The notes under the pieces were generated by a model. The model ran no database searches. It was given only the letters and a program-made list of their open reading frames with translations, and was not told where the DNA came from. Made by a program: the position numbers and the translations under genes. From the NCBI GenBank assembly GCA_963792965.1, contig CAWBYW010000016.1:192001-256000 (forward strand): a stretch of DNA of 64,000 bases, given 5' to 3'. Shown here piece by piece: positions 40,575 through 52,217 of this stretch. The stretch is from an uncultured delta proteobacterium. Lineage in GTDB: Bacteria; Desulfobacterota; Zymogenia; Zymogenales; Zymogenaceae. Position 1 is the first letter of the stretch. The number at the start of each line of letters is the position of its first letter.

Positions 40575-40819
40575 ATCGACACCTCGTTACTACCGGATAA
40601 CGTATAACAGACATTTGGGACAATTTCAACGAAAAAGAAGTTAGAGACAAGGCAAGATAGCACAAAAACTAATCGATAGGGATTGTCGTGACTATCTTCT
40701 TTCCGAACGACTCAAGCCGACAGACTTTGCCCGCTCGCCCAACGGTACCTCCACGCAAGCAAGGCTTCCTGGGGCGATATTTGCTTTACACCATTTTTGG
40801 GGTCTGTTATACTGACGTC

Positions 40820-41487
40820 ATGGGCGAGGCCGAAGAAATACAACTTCTCGAGGCGAAACTGAACGAGCTGAAGGTCGCCTACGAGAAATATTTCGCTGGC
40901 GTGGAGAGGCTGGAACCTGCCCGGCTGCGCGACGAAGTGCAGCGGATGGTGCGTAAAACCGGCACCTTTCACATCACCAACACCGGCCTCAAGTTCAAGC
41001 GGGATACCATCATCGCGCAGTTCAACACGCTCGTCCAGCACTGGAACCGGATCCTCAAGCAGATCGAGGACGGGACTTACTCGCGCGACCTCTTCCGGAT
41101 GAAATTGAAGGACAAGGAGAAGGGCGACCCTCCCCCCCACCCCCACGCGCCCACCGGAGCACACAAGGGCGCCCCCCGGCGGATACGGACGCGCCCGGGG
41201 CACAGCCGGCCGGCCCGAAGGCGTCGGGCAACCCAACCTCGCCCCCTTCCTCCGCCAAGAAGCCCGTATCCCCGCCGACCGGCGAATACGACTACGTCTA
41301 TAAGAGCCTCGTCGCGGCAAAACAGAAGCTCGGCGAGCCCACCAACAACATCAGCTACAGCGCCCTGGAGTGGAGCCTCAAGAAGGAGGCCGAGACGATC
41401 AAGAAGAAGTTCCACGCCTCCCGGGTCGAATTCAAGATAGAGATCAAGGACGGAAAGCCGGTGATCAAAGCCGTACCCGTTAAATAA
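40820..41487 (+). CDS. MXAN_5187 C-terminal-domain-type protein (frameshift in the Pro-rich linker)
   Basis: LK..YEKYFAG.ER.EP...W.R...QIE.G N-terminal domain; C-terminal domain ...VEFKIEIKDGKPVIKA in another frame. Confidence 0.75.
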
Positions 41488-41512
41488 CTCCATTTTTGTT
41501 GGTCTTGGGCGT

Positions 41513-42501
41513 ATGGAAATCGCGGACGGAATCTTCACCTATCGCGGGAGGCGCGGCGACAAGATCAGGCCCGGCGCCGGGTCGTCCAGCGTGACGGTCG
41601 TCGGAAAAGACGCCCTGATAATGATAGACACCGGCGTCGTCTCCGGGGGGGCGTTTGACGAGCTCGTGGCCGCCATGAAGCGAGACCGCCTTGACGTCCG
41701 CGTGGTCCGCCGGGTCGTCTTTACCCACGCCCACTGGGACCACCTCAACGCCGCCGGAAAAGTCGTCTCCCTCTCCGGCGCCGACGCGTGCGCCGCCCGC
41801 GCGGAGACCCCGTTCGTAGAGGACGACAAGAAAAATTTCGGCGCCTTCCTCTCCGGCTTCCCCGAATTCATAAAAGAAATCTTCCCCTTCCCGCTCCCCG
41901 TGGCGAAGCTCCTTGTCCGCTACGCCTGGGGCCGTCAGCCCGCGCTGACCGTCTCGAAGGAACTCGACGACGGCGATCCTCTGGGCGCGGGCAGGGAGAT
42001 CCGCGCCGTTGCCTTCCCGGCCATACCGACGGCCATACGGGCTATTTCATCCCGGACGCCGGGGTGCTGGTCTCCGGGGACCTGGTCGATTTTGAGAACT
42101 CCGAGGGGATGGACCTCAACAACCCCCGATCGAGCTACGAATCCGCGCTCGGCTCCATCAGGCGCGCCATTGCGCTGGCTCCCGCCGTCCTTATCCCCGG
42201 CCACGGGGAGCCGATAGTCGGAAAACAAAAGGTCCGCGAGATGCTCGATAAGGCGCTCGCGGGCGGCCTCGAATATCCCGCGACCATCAATGCGGTGCTG
42301 GGCGAGAGCCCCCTGCGGCTCAAGGAGATATTGAGGGCCGCCTTTCCCGACACCCCCTTTTCCATGGAGGCGATGAAGATGATGCTCATCCTGATCGTCC
42401 TTCTCCATATGGAGAAAGGGGACCAGGTGAGACGGGTCCAGAAGAAAGGAAGACCCGCCTGGGTCGTCGCCATGCCCATGGAGACCCGCAAGAAGAGATA
42501 A
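41513..42501 (+). CDS. MBL-fold metallo-hydrolase (frameshift at about 42012)
   Basis: IDTG and THAHWDH in the first ORF; PGHTDGH, SGD and PGHG in the second. Confidence 0.85.
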
Positions 42502-42752
42502 AGACAACCCTGATTTCTCGCCACAGTCGCAGCGCGCCATACGATACCTCCCCCGAAGGAAGCGGACAAGCCAACCCCTCAGAGCATGAATGGTCTAGCG
42601 CTCATTCCGTTGACAGGGAAACGGGCGGCCTCCCGAAGCGCCGCGCCGCGCACCTGAATAGCATCCGGACCCTTAGTGACACCGCCCGTGGCGCGTGGTA
42701 CAATAGTATTAAGCGGCAAGTTATATATGAGTCAGAAAGGAGGTAAGCGGAC

Positions 42753-43250
42753 ATGGTAACACTAACAGGAGCCGGATTGGCTCAGAAGATCACGCAGAAA
42801 ATAGAGGAGTTGAAAGAGGCATGCCGGGGGGTCGACGAAAAAACGGCCGCTCGCGCGCCCTCGGAACGGTGGTCTCCCAAAGAAATCCTTTCCCACCTTT
42901 TGGGAGCGGAGGGGACGAGCCACGTGACTATGCTCCAGGCCTTTCTCGATAAGGATACCCCCACGCTAAACCTCCATCCCGGAGACCCCCATTTTTCCGA
43001 GAAGCGCGCACGGATGACCTTTGCCCAGCTCCTCTCCGAAGTCGAAAAGGAGTACAAACGGGTATCCGACTTTGCGGCGGGCCTGTCAGACCAGCAGCTT
43101 GGCCGAAAGGCGCATGTTCCCGAGCTCAAAGACTCGGCATTAGGAGAATACCCGACGCTCGGAGGCCTGCTCGGCGGCATTGGGACGTATCACGTTCAAT
43201 TCCACATTGACCATATGCGCGAGATCTTGAAGGCCCTCTCAGAGAAGTAG
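42753..43250 (+). CDS. DinB family protein
   Basis: [10 protein letters not shown] ... H...HIDH. AGGAGG RBS. Confidence 0.85.
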   Translation: MVTLTGAGLAQKITQKIEELKEACRGVDEKTAARAPSERWSPKEILSHLLGAEGTSHVTMLQAFLDKDTPTLNLHPGDPHFSEKRARMTFAQLLSEVEKEYKRVSDFAAGLSDQQLGRKAHVPELKDSALGEYPTLGGLLGGIGTYHVQFHIDHMREILKALSEK

Positions 43251-43357
43251 AACGTCCGTCGGTGGCCTCGCCCACCCAATTTGTTGCTCCGGCTTGTGCC
43301 CCTCACTCCGGATTCTTCCGTCGACGGCACCGGGCAGGCCGCCGTGCTCTGGATCGT

Positions 43358-44239
43358 TCACCCGTCTCCATCAGGCGCACTACAACACTTGTGCCCGCCT
43401 TCTTTCATCCCCCGGCCACGGGAAGCCCGTGGACCGTCTGTCTTCTGCTTAATCTCTTTCGTGTTAAATACGAATATTACCGCTAAGATGACATACGATA
43501 TGTGAAACAGATTAGAGATAAATAATGACACCAATCCATGCCCTGTTATACGCATTTGAATAATGGCATCCACTATTCCTTTAAAACCGAAGAGAAGGTC
43601 GCGAGGATCGGAAGTATCGGTGCTGCCAATCCACGCGAGTGAAACGGTCATAAGTATAAGATAAGAAAGAAAATAGCCCATATTATGTCGACGCATAAGT
43701 AACACAAGCGCGAACAGAAGTAGGATCATCCTTGTCGAAATATAGAGAATATATAGCAGAGAAGTGTATAAGCTTCTTACTAAATCTACCGTCCCACTAT
43801 ACTTGAATCCATATAGACTACTAATTGCGGGCCATACAGTATAAGTGAGCAGTACTAAGAGAATTAGTGCAGTAGTCTTTATCGGTGTTCTATCCAGTAA
43901 TGATGAGGTATATAGTTTTGTATCAGAAGACAACAAGACAACGAATAGAGAAATGACGGAACTTAAGAAAATAGGCAAGGAGATAAAGGGATGATAGACA
44001 AGGAAGAGGTGATAGATTTCATTTACTCTACTTATGTTTTGTGCTGAAAAGTTAATAAGAAAACAGATACACCCAACCCATACGAACCAGCCCCTCAGAT
44101 TCCCCCTGATCGTGAAAAACAGGGCGACGACGAAGATCGGAACGAATATGAAGGTATAGAGGCTAAAACCGACCGAAGCGGCTATAAAAAGAACATTCAA
44201 GGACGATAAGACATATGCCGTTATGAGTTTCTTATTCAT
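43358..44239 (-). CDS. AT-rich polytopic membrane protein, copy 1
   Basis: About 7-8 hydrophobic segments; paralog of the next gene. Confidence 0.75.
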   Translation of the reverse strand: MNKKLITAYVLSSLNVLFIAASVGFSLYTFIFVPIFVVALFFTIRGNLRGWFVWVGCICFLINFSAQNISRVNEIYHLFLVYHPFISLPIFLSSVISLFVVLLSSDTKLYTSSLLDRTPIKTTALILLVLLTYTVWPAISSLYGFKYSGTVDLVRSLYTSLLYILYISTRMILLLFALVLLMRRHNMGYFLSYLILMTVSLAWIGSTDTSDPRDLLFGFKGIVDAIIQMRITGHGLVSLFISNLFHISYVILAVIFVFNTKEIKQKTDGPRASRGRGMKEGGHKCCSAPDGDG

Positions 44240-44240
44240 G

Positions 44241-45074
44241 CTAAGCCCTTCTCAATAAGAACCGCGTTTGCCCGCCTGTCTTCCGCTTAATCTCTTTAGT
44301 TTTAAGTATGAATAATATCGTTAAGACAAAAGATGATACGTAAAATAGATCATAGACGAATAGCAGCAATTCATGCCCTGTTATGTGTGTGTGAATAATG
44401 GCGCTCAGTAATTTACCGAAACCAAGAAAAAGATAACGAGGATCAGGCGTATAGGTGTTACCGACCCAGGTGAGGGAAATGGTCATAAGTACAAGGTAGG
44501 AAAGAAAATATCCAATATAGCGTCGACGTACGAATAACAGAAAGGCGCTTAGAATCACGATTATTTTCATCGTAATAAAAAAGGTAAGTATCAGAGAAGT
44601 GTAGAAGAGTATTGATAGATCCATCCTGGAATTAAATTCAAATCCATATAGATCAGTGATTACCATCCACAGTGAATATAAAAGCAGCGCAAGTAGGAGG
44701 AACGCCGTAAGTCTCGTAGGTATTCTATCTATCAACGGGGAAGTAATAGACCTTATATCTGAAGACCATAAGACGATGAGTAGCGAGACAAAGGAACTTA
44801 AGAATATAATGAGCGCGACAAAAGGATTATAGACAAAGAAGAACCTGCACATGGGATTTACGCTACTTATGTTCTGCGCCGAAAAATAGATAAGAAAACA
44901 GATACACCCGACCCATACGAACCAGCCCCTCAGATTTCCCCTGATCGTGAAAAACAGGGCAACGACGAAAATCGGAACGAATATGAAGGTATAAAGGCTG
45001 AAACCGACCGAAGCGGCTATGAAGAGCACATTCAAGGACGATAAGACGTACGCCGTTATGAGTTTCTTATTCAT
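44241..45074 (-). CDS. AT-rich polytopic membrane protein, copy 2
   Basis: First 62 aa identical to copy 1; one base separates its stop from the next ATG. Confidence 0.75.
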   Translation of the reverse strand: MNKKLITAYVLSSLNVLFIAASVGFSLYTFIFVPIFVVALFFTIRGNLRGWFVWVGCICFLIYFSAQNISSVNPMCRFFFVYNPFVALIIFLSSFVSLLIVLWSSDIRSITSPLIDRIPTRLTAFLLLALLLYSLWMVITDLYGFEFNSRMDLSILFYTSLILTFFITMKIIVILSAFLLFVRRRYIGYFLSYLVLMTISLTWVGNTYTPDPRYLFLGFGKLLSAIIHTHITGHELLLFVYDLFYVSSFVLTILFILKTKEIKRKTGGQTRFLLRRA

Positions 45075-45426
45075 CGTGAACCCTCTAAACAAAAGCTGTT
45101 CAGGCCAAGAAGATCATCGGCGGGGGCTTGCGAGAAGAGGTTGACTATTCGAGCGACATTATACTTTTTATCGGATATTATGATACGGATGACAACCTGT
45201 CAAGTAAAACATGATAGATAAGTTTTTTGGAGGTCTAAAAAAAGAGGTGTCGAGACAGGCGTCTGTCTTTACAGGGAGAGCTAAATCCCTTAGCTTGTTA
45301 CGCTGGCTCGGCGCGGCAATCCGCCGGCTGTCCTATCCGGATGGAGGATTTGCCGCGCGTTTCCGTTTGATTGTTGGCGGGCCAGGCAAGTGAAGGATAG
45401 AGAGGAAGCAGGATTTCGAGAGGCGC

Positions 45427-46092
45427 CTACGGAAATCTGATCGGCTCAAGCGAATCGATCTTCTTCAGGCGCTCTTCGTATTCCTCAAGATACCGCCGTC
45501 TCCCGTCGTCCCCGACCTGGAAGGCGGAGTAGGCCACAAACGGCGGCAGGGCGTGCATGCCGCAAAAATAGAGCACCCCGTGGTTGATGTGATAGAGGAC
45601 CTGGTCCATATCCGTCCCGTGGATGCCGCTTTTCGAGTAGCTCTCGGCGTTGCCGCCGGTCGTCACCACGAGCATCCCTTTTTTGCCGGGAAGGAGCCCC
45701 CTTCTATAGATCTTCTCGAAATCCCATGCGAACCCGGCGGCAAAGACGCGGTCAAACCATCCCTTCAGGATCGCCGGCGCTGAAAACCACCAGACCGGAA
45801 AATGTATCACAACCAGATCGGCCCACGTCAGCTTCTCCTGCTCCTCTTTAATATCCGGCGCAAACAGGCCCTTGGCCGAGGCGTTTCTTTGTTCCATGAG
45901 ATAATTGACCGATGCGGGATTTTCGAGCTCGAGAAAGTCGCGCGTATCGAGAGCGGACTTGAACTCCATCTCATTGAGGTCGGATACGACGACCTCGTTG
46001 CCGCCGCCCCCGAGGATCGAGACGGTCTTTTCCTTCAGGGCGGCGTTAAAGGAATTTTTCTCCGGATGGGCGTACACGACCAGGACGTTCAT
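45427..46092 (-). CDS. Flavodoxin-like NAD(P)H dehydrogenase (quinone), NQO/KefF family
   Basis: YAHP...SFN, FPVWW..PAILKGWFDRV, TTGG. Confidence 0.92.
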   Translation of the reverse strand: MNVLVVYAHPEKNSFNAALKEKTVSILGGGGNEVVVSDLNEMEFKSALDTRDFLELENPASVNYLMEQRNASAKGLFAPDIKEEQEKLTWADLVVIHFPVWWFSAPAILKGWFDRVFAAGFAWDFEKIYRRGLLPGKKGMLVVTTGGNAESYSKSGIHGTDMDQVLYHINHGVLYFCGMHALPPFVAYSAFQVGDDGRRRYLEEYEERLKKIDSLEPIRFP

Positions 46093-46210
46093 GTGCTAAC
46101 CCTCCTGTTCACACCATCTCCCGCTCTTCTTTCCGTCTCCCCCGCCGCTGCGCACGCGAAATCAAGGGTTCCCCGAGATCAATTCCCCCCGCAAATGTTT
46201 GGGTGGTCCA

Positions 46211-47344
46211 TTACGGCAGTCTGACCGTCCTTCCCTTCCATCTGACCCCTTCTCTGGCCATCGAGACCGAGATAGCCTTGCCGATCATCCCAATCCAGAC
46301 GACCGCGCCGATCGGGAAGAAGAGTATCTCCGAAAGGGCAAGCCCGTACCTTCCCGCCGCCGTAAGAAACATGACCATGCCAAGCAGGATGCTCACCACC
46401 GAAATGACCACGGGGGAGACTGTCCACTGGGTCAGCAGCGTATAGGCTACGTTGAAGAACGGGATGACAAAGAGCACCGCGTAGGAGATGAGCGTAAGAA
46501 AGGCGACCGCCAGTGCGCGGTGGGCCGTCGTGTAGTGAAAGCGTGTCAGTCCGTCCCACAGCTCGGGGGGGCCGCCGTACACCTTTGCCCGGGCGATCCC
46601 TCCGCCGGAAAGGAGAACCACCTTTCCGCCCCTTTGCTTGAGGAGCTTTGCCATGTCGGCCCCTTCGCGGAGTGTCTCGCTTGCGCCGCTGTGGCCGCCG
46701 ATCTTCTTGTATGCGCCCCTCTCCACCAGCATGCACTGCCCGTTGGCATAGGCGGCCACCGCTTCCCAGGGCCAGTCCATGGCGTAGGCGGGAAAGAAGA
46801 GGAAGAGCTGGAGGTACATGAACGGCGCAAGGAGTCCCTCCCAGAAACCTTCCTTGGCCTGGTACGGGAGGATCGAGAGGATCCCCGCGCCCGTCTTCTT
46901 TGCGGCGGTTACGAGGTAGGAGAGGGCCCGCCGATCCAGCGCGACGTCGGCGTCAAGAAAGAGAAGGTACTCACCCCGCGACACCTGGGCCGCCTCGTAC
47001 TGCGCATAGGTCTTCCCGAACCAATGCGGGGCGATCGCCCTGCCGCGGAAGACCCGGAGCCGCTGGTTATTGGCGGCGATATTCTCGGCAAGCTGCACGG
47101 TGTTGTCGGTGGAGGCGTCGTCCACGACGATGACCTCGTACCTTGGGTGGTCCTGGGTGAGGGCCGATCTGAGGCACGCCACGATGTTCTTGGATTCGTT
47201 CCGGGTGGGGATAAGGACCGATACGGAGGGGAGGGTGTCGCGTCGCGCTGACTCGATGGGGTCTTTGATGGCCGTCCGATTAGCGATGATATTGATGAAA
47301 AAGACGATCAGGAGAGCCAGGATGACGATACTGAAACTTGCCAC
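46211..47344 (-). CDS. Membrane GT2 glycosyltransferase (CrtQ/HpnB-like)
   Basis: IPTRNE, VDDASTD, W.GK, FLDAD, ANGQC; terminal TM helices. Confidence 0.88.
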   Translation of the reverse strand: MASFSIVILALLIVFFINIIANRTAIKDPIESARRDTLPSVSVLIPTRNESKNIVACLRSALTQDHPRYEVIVVDDASTDNTVQLAENIAANNQRLRVFRGRAIAPHWFGKTYAQYEAAQVSRGEYLLFLDADVALDRRALSYLVTAAKKTGAGILSILPYQAKEGFWEGLLAPFMYLQLFLFFPAYAMDWPWEAVAAYANGQCMLVERGAYKKIGGHSGASETLREGADMAKLLKQRGGKVVLLSGGGIARAKVYGGPPELWDGLTRFHYTTAHRALAVAFLTLISYAVLFVIPFFNVAYTLLTQWTVSPVVISVVSILLGMVMFLTAAGRYGLALSEILFFPIGAVVWIGMIGKAISVSMAREGVRWKGRTVRLP

Positions 47345-47649
47345 GATATCCCCCCGCTTTATGACTCATGCATTAATGGATAATAATAGCGTAGGAATGA
47401 CGGGGAGGTCAACTACTTTCTGAGACACCGCCGCACGTCGTGCGGGAAAGGGAAAATGGCAGCGGCTCCGCGCGGCGCCTCGGGCTCGTCGTGGGTGCCT
47501 CGCACCCACCATATACGCGAAACCATCAGGTATCCGGCTGACCAGCTCCGGCCGCTCTGCTCTTTTGAGCAGGTTCCTGTTTTCTCTCGAGGATGGCACG
47601 ATGACGGAGATGTTATGAAGAACGTTTGCGCGCGGGGGAGGCGAAGGCT

Positions 47650-50600
47650 CTATCCCAGGACTTCCCGGACTTTGATAAGGAGGTCGTGCGCGGTAAAAGG
47701 CTTCCCGATAAATCCGAGTGCACCCTTCTGAAGCAGATCGTGGTGCTGGTTTTCCTCGCTGAATCCACTGGCAAGGAGGACTTTGGCCGCGGGGTCTATC
47801 GACAACACCTTTTCGAGAACGGCTCCTCCTCCCATCTCCGGCATCATAATGTCAAGGATGACCAGACCGATGGGTTGTTTTCGCTTCTTAAAAAAGGCTA
47901 TGCCCTCGGCCCCGGAGCGGGCGCGGATGACCTTATATCCGGCGCCGCTCAGGACGGCCCCGACCATCGAGAGGATATCTTCTTCGTCGTCGATTACCAG
48001 GATCGTCTCCGACCCGCCCCTTATCTCCCTGACTCTCTCCGGTATTCTTTCTTCCTGCCTCTCCGATGCCGGGAGATAGATGAGGAATTCGGTCCCCTTT
48101 CCGACTTCACTGTTCACGTCGATGTAGCCGCCGTGTCCCTTGACGATGCCGTAGACGACGCTCAAACCGAGGCCCGTCCCGCCCTTGTCCCTTTTCGTTG
48201 TGAAATAGGGTTCAAATATGTGTCCAAGGGTATCCCTGTCTATCCCCGTTCCCGCGTCGGCAACTCTCACGGATACGTAGCGGCCCGGCTGTATCGTATA
48301 GTTACTTTTCTCTATGCCCTCGGAAATCTCTTCCATGAATGTGCGGATCTGAAGGGTCCCCCCCTCAGGCATGGCGTCCCGCGCGTTTATCACGAGATTC
48401 ATGAGCACCTGATTAATCTGTGAGGCGTCGCCTTCGATCGTTGGCAGACTCTCATCCTTCATTACTTCTATTTTTATTGATTTTTCAAAGGTCTTCGAAA
48501 TGAGGTCGTAGATTTCATCCAAGATATGGTTGATATTGATGCTCCTTTTCTCCAATTTCCCTTTTCGGGAATATGCCAGGAGCTGAGAAGTGAGCTTTGA
48601 GGCCCTGAGCGCCGATTTCTCGATGGCATCCAATCCTTCCGACAACATGTCGCCCTGGGAATATTTATTCTTGAGTAGTGAGGCGTATCCGAGGATCGTC
48701 GCCAGGATGTTATTGAAGTCGTGGGCAATCCCGCCCGTGAGCCTGCCGATCGCTTCCATCTTCTGGGCCGCGAAGAGCTGCTCCTCCATCTTCTTTCTCT
48801 CGGTGATATCCCTTACGCTTCCCTGGAGGCCGATTATCTTGCCGTCCCTGTCTTTCCTGAGGGTCACGGTCACAACGGCATCCACGAACGTGCCGTCGCC
48901 CTTTATCAGCTTCACGGGATAATCTTCGATAAACCCCCGTTCCATCACCTCCCTTACGAATGAGTCTCGCTCCTTTGGCTCGGCGTAGAAATCCCGTATA
49001 TTCATTTTTTTTATTTCGTCCTCGGTGTAACCAAAGAAGGTCTTGCCGGACTCATTGATGTCGATAATTTCCCCGTCGACAGTGCAGATGTACATAAAGT
49101 CTCTTGCGGTTTCAAACAGGTTTCTGAATTTCTCCTCGGATTCCTGCAGGGCATTTACGATTTTCCTGCGTTCTGTCGCGTTCCGCCCTAAACCGTGAAC
49201 CTCGGCGACTCTATCGCCGTCGAAAACAAACCGCTCCCGCGTCTCCAGGATCACCACTTCTCCATTCTTGCTCCTGAACCTGAGCTCAAAAGTGCCGAGG
49301 TCTTCGCCGGCCAGCTGCCTCTTGAATGTCTCTTTAACGAATTGTAGCGAATCCGGCATGAGAAAATCGGTGAACTTCTTTTTTAACAGCTCGTTCTTGG
49401 AATACCCCGAGGCTTTTTCGATGGCCTTGTTGATATATTTAATTTTTCCGGAACCGTCCACGATGTAGATGACATCCTCGATGTTCTCGATGAGATCCCG
49501 GTACCTCTCCTCGGACTCTTTGAGCGCCTCCTCGGCGGCTTTCCTCTCGGTGATATCGTTGAGGAAGCTGAGCACGGCCGGCCGACCCTCCCAGGTTACC
49601 AGTGTGGAACGGACCTCATTCCATCTGATACTTCCGTCCGTACTGTACGTACGAAACGCAAACGGATAAGACAGGTCGCCGCCCCTAAGTCTTTTCAGGT
49701 AGCGCGTTGTCAGTATTTTCCTGTCGTCCGGATGGATGAATTCGATAAATGGCTTCGAGAGCAGCTCCTCCTCCGAATATCCTGAAAGATCACCAGCCTT
49801 CCGATTTAGGAATTTTACCTTTTCATCCTGTGCGACGAGGATGAACTCGCTGGCGTTGTCCACCACGGTGCGATACTTTTCTTCGGACTGCCGGCGGGCA
49901 TCGTCGATGAGCCTCTGCCGGGCCAAGAGCCGGGTGTTTTCGTCAAGCGACACGATCTGCCGTATGACTACCAGGCCGATGACGACCCCCACCCAGATCA
50001 GGAGGGTGGAAAACCTCACCGGCAGCTCGCGGCCATAGCTCGCACTCAAAAGGAGATATGCCGCGCCGAGCCATACGTAGGGAACATAGACAATCCAGGG
50101 CGCCGTCACACGCGCGGGCTGAATCGCGTTCGTTCGATTGTGTGCGCCTGATCCCGCGTCCTTGACCGCATTGGCCTGAAGCACCCCGGCAAGACCGGCA
50201 ACTAAGATGGCTGCACTCCATCCAACGTTTACGTATACCTCGGTCAAGTAGGTCCCGGCATTGACCTGATAACCGTAGATCGCATCGGTGATAATCTGAA
50301 GCGTGATACTTGCCGTAAGGAGCCAGATAGGTCCCCGCACTTGAGTCTCTAATCGGCGTGAGAGGAAAAGGAAAAGAATGATAATGAGGAAGAGGTGTAA
50401 GACCGGGTAGACGACCGAGAACATGACGGTCAAACGGTCCATCCCTCCCATCTTAAGGAGCGGGCTGATCCAGAAGTACCAAAATATCAGGACGGCCGCC
50501 AGCACCACAATGCTTAAGTCTAAAGAAACCTTAAGCCACTCATTTGTTGTCAGACGTTTCACGGGGAGACTCAGGATTCCCCATATAGAAAGTGCGAAAT

Positions 50601-50955
50601 AGAGAAGGTAGAACACGTCGGAAATCGCGGAGGGGAGCGGCGTCCGTCTCAGAACGACCTCTTGGACGAACCAGCCGACGTCACCCAGCGCAATGGCGAT
50701 CTGCGCCAGTGCCAACAGGCCCCAGGCAATGAAGAGCCGGCGCGAATAAACGGCCGAGCGCCGGGCTCCCCAGAAAAGGGCTGCCGCCGCAAGTAAGCCT
50801 ATAGCTGGAGAGAACAGGTCGCCAAAGACGGTGCGTGTCCATTCGCCCATGGTTACGGCGGTGTTCAGCAGCAGATATGCGGGAAAGAGGATTACGAAGA
50901 AGAGGGCCGCGTTGAGCGGGGTAAAGAGACGTAGGGGGGACCTTTTTGTCTTCAT
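47650..50955 (-). CDS. Hybrid histidine kinase (multi-TM sensor, 3 PAS, HisKA, HATPase, receiver)
   Basis: About 9 TM helices at the N-terminus, PAS repeats, GGIAHDFNN, NARDAM, GTGLGL, receiver. Confidence 0.93.
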   Translation of the reverse strand: MKTKRSPLRLFTPLNAALFFVILFPAYLLLNTAVTMGEWTRTVFGDLFSPAIGLLAAAALFWGARRSAVYSRRLFIAWGLLALAQIAIALGDVGWFVQEVVLRRTPLPSAISDVFYLLYFALSIWGILSLPVKRLTTNEWLKVSLDLSIVVLAAVLIFWYFWISPLLKMGGMDRLTVMFSVVYPVLHLFLIIILFLFLSRRLETQVRGPIWLLTASITLQIITDAIYGYQVNAGTYLTEVYVNVGWSAAILVAGLAGVLQANAVKDAGSGAHNRTNAIQPARVTAPWIVYVPYVWLGAAYLLLSASYGRELPVRFSTLLIWVGVVIGLVVIRQIVSLDENTRLLARQRLIDDARRQSEEKYRTVVDNASEFILVAQDEKVKFLNRKAGDLSGYSEEELLSKPFIEFIHPDDRKILTTRYLKRLRGGDLSYPFAFRTYSTDGSIRWNEVRSTLVTWEGRPAVLSFLNDITERKAAEEALKESEERYRDLIENIEDVIYIVDGSGKIKYINKAIEKASGYSKNELLKKKFTDFLMPDSLQFVKETFKRQLAGEDLGTFELRFRSKNGEVVILETRERFVFDGDRVAEVHGLGRNATERRKIVNALQESEEKFRNLFETARDFMYICTVDGEIIDINESGKTFFGYTEDEIKKMNIRDFYAEPKERDSFVREVMERGFIEDYPVKLIKGDGTFVDAVVTVTLRKDRDGKIIGLQGSVRDITERKKMEEQLFAAQKMEAIGRLTGGIAHDFNNILATILGYASLLKNKYSQGDMLSEGLDAIEKSALRASKLTSQLLAYSRKGKLEKRSININHILDEIYDLISKTFEKSIKIEVMKDESLPTIEGDASQINQVLMNLVINARDAMPEGGTLQIRTFMEEISEGIEKSNYTIQPGRYVSVRVADAGTGIDRDTLGHIFEPYFTTKRDKGGTGLGLSVVYGIVKGHGGYIDVNSEVGKGTEFLIYLPASERQEERIPERVREIRGGSETILVIDDEEDILSMVGAVLSGAGYKVIRARSGAEGIAFFKKRKQPIGLVILDIMMPEMGGGAVLEKVLSIDPAAKVLLASGFSEENQHHDLLQKGALGFIGKPFTAHDLLIKVREVLG

Positions 50956-51294
50956 CAGCGGTGCCCCTGTAAAGGAAATGAAAGTCGCGCCGATAGGGCT
51001 ATGGTTCAGCTCCGGTAAGTCGGATATCAATCGGCACGCGCTGTCTCGTTTTTCGTGAACGAATTGTTTCGGTGTACATCACTGTATCAAAACTTATTAC
51101 GCGTTTCAAGGTATTTAGTGACCCACCGGCCCCACGCTCCTCCGCCCGGTGTCAGGCCAGTGTGCGCCCTGAAGTTGTCTCGGCTGACCGTTATTAATTC
51201 GACCCCGGGACGGTCCTCTCCGAGTTGATCGGCGGTAACGGTTACAAGCGGCGTATCGTCCTCCACAAGGAGGACTTTTTTCTTGCGCCGGCAT

Positions 51295-51351
51295 CTTGCG
51301 CATAAACTGTGCGTCGTCCACGATCAAAACCCGTATCTTCTTATCGATCAT
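51295..51351 (-). pseudogene. 5' stump of a CheB/receiver gene
   Basis: MIDKKIRVLIVDDAQFMRK followed by sequence that no longer looks like a receiver; ATGA overlap with the upstream gene. Confidence 0.55.
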
Positions 51352-51737
51352 GTTCCCCGTTGTCCTCGAAGGGCTCGCTCGATGAGCTCGGCGAGGCTTT
51401 CCATAAGAAACGGTTTCTCGATGTATCCGTACAGGCCCTCTTTTTGAAGGAGCCGCATCTCCTTGGTTTTGAAACTCTCCGACAGGAGGATAGTCTTCAG
51501 CTCGGGATGCCGCCCCTTGAGCTCAAAAAAAAGATTGACCCCGCCCATCCCCGGAAGCGAGGTATCGGTAATGACAAGATCATATGTCCTTTTGTTGATG
51601 AGCGAGAGAGCGCTTTCCCCGCTTGCCGCCACTGAAATCGTCACCGTCGGAAATTCCCTTTCGATATTGGCCCTCAAGAAGTCAGCGTATACGGTCTCTT
51701 TGTTGACGATGAGAACCTTCTGAGCCGTTCGTTTCAT
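51348..51737 (-). CDS. Single-domain response regulator (atypical acidic pocket)
   Basis: VLIVNKE, DLVITD..LPGM.G, EKPF. Confidence 0.85.
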   Translation of the reverse strand: MKRTAQKVLIVNKETVYADFLRANIEREFPTVTISVAASGESALSLINKRTYDLVITDTSLPGMGGVNLFFELKGRHPELKTILLSESFKTKEMRLLQKEGLYGYIEKPFLMESLAELIERALRGQRGT

Positions 51738-51844
51738 GAAACAACCACCCGTGGAAGCGGAGTTATCGTGTAAGACGCCTTCACATGCCGCATATCATGG
51801 ACGCTCTCAAGTGAGTAAGCACAAGCCGGCGCCGCCTCTGTTCA

Positions 51845-51860
51845 AGCAATTAATATGCCA
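51845..51860 (-). promoter_or_regulatory. Sigma-54 -24/-12 promoter
   Basis: TGGCATATTAATTGCT (GG-N10-GC) upstream of 51737; IHF consensus match AATCAAGCGGTTA at 52040-52052. Confidence 0.7.
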
Positions 51861-52217
51861 TCGCGGGAAGCGGCGAAAAAGTCACCGCTCCCTCCCGACA
51901 AAAAAGCAGTAATGATATCGATAAGTTAGACAAGGGATAAATCTGACTGCTCGATGACGGAGGGAGCGAGAGCGGGGTGTGAAAGATATTTTGCAGCCCT
52001 GCCTCGCCTGCTTGAGGGCGGGACCTGTATCTATAATGAAATCAAGCGGTTATGCCGTGGCCGGAAAAAGATGTGCGCAGATATTATTTTGCACCCGGTT
52101 TCAAAAAACCTGATGCTATCGGTGTTTTGCGTCTGAAGGTTACGGATCACGTCAGGATCAAAGAGAGGGGAGAGGGTGCCTGTCTCAAGGTCCTTCAAGC
52201 GGGGACCCCGGCTCGGC

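Noticed and set aside
44040-45074. Near-identical repeat pair as a DGR template/variable region
   Set aside because: The differences are silent third-position changes, not adenine-specific, and no reverse transcriptase is present.
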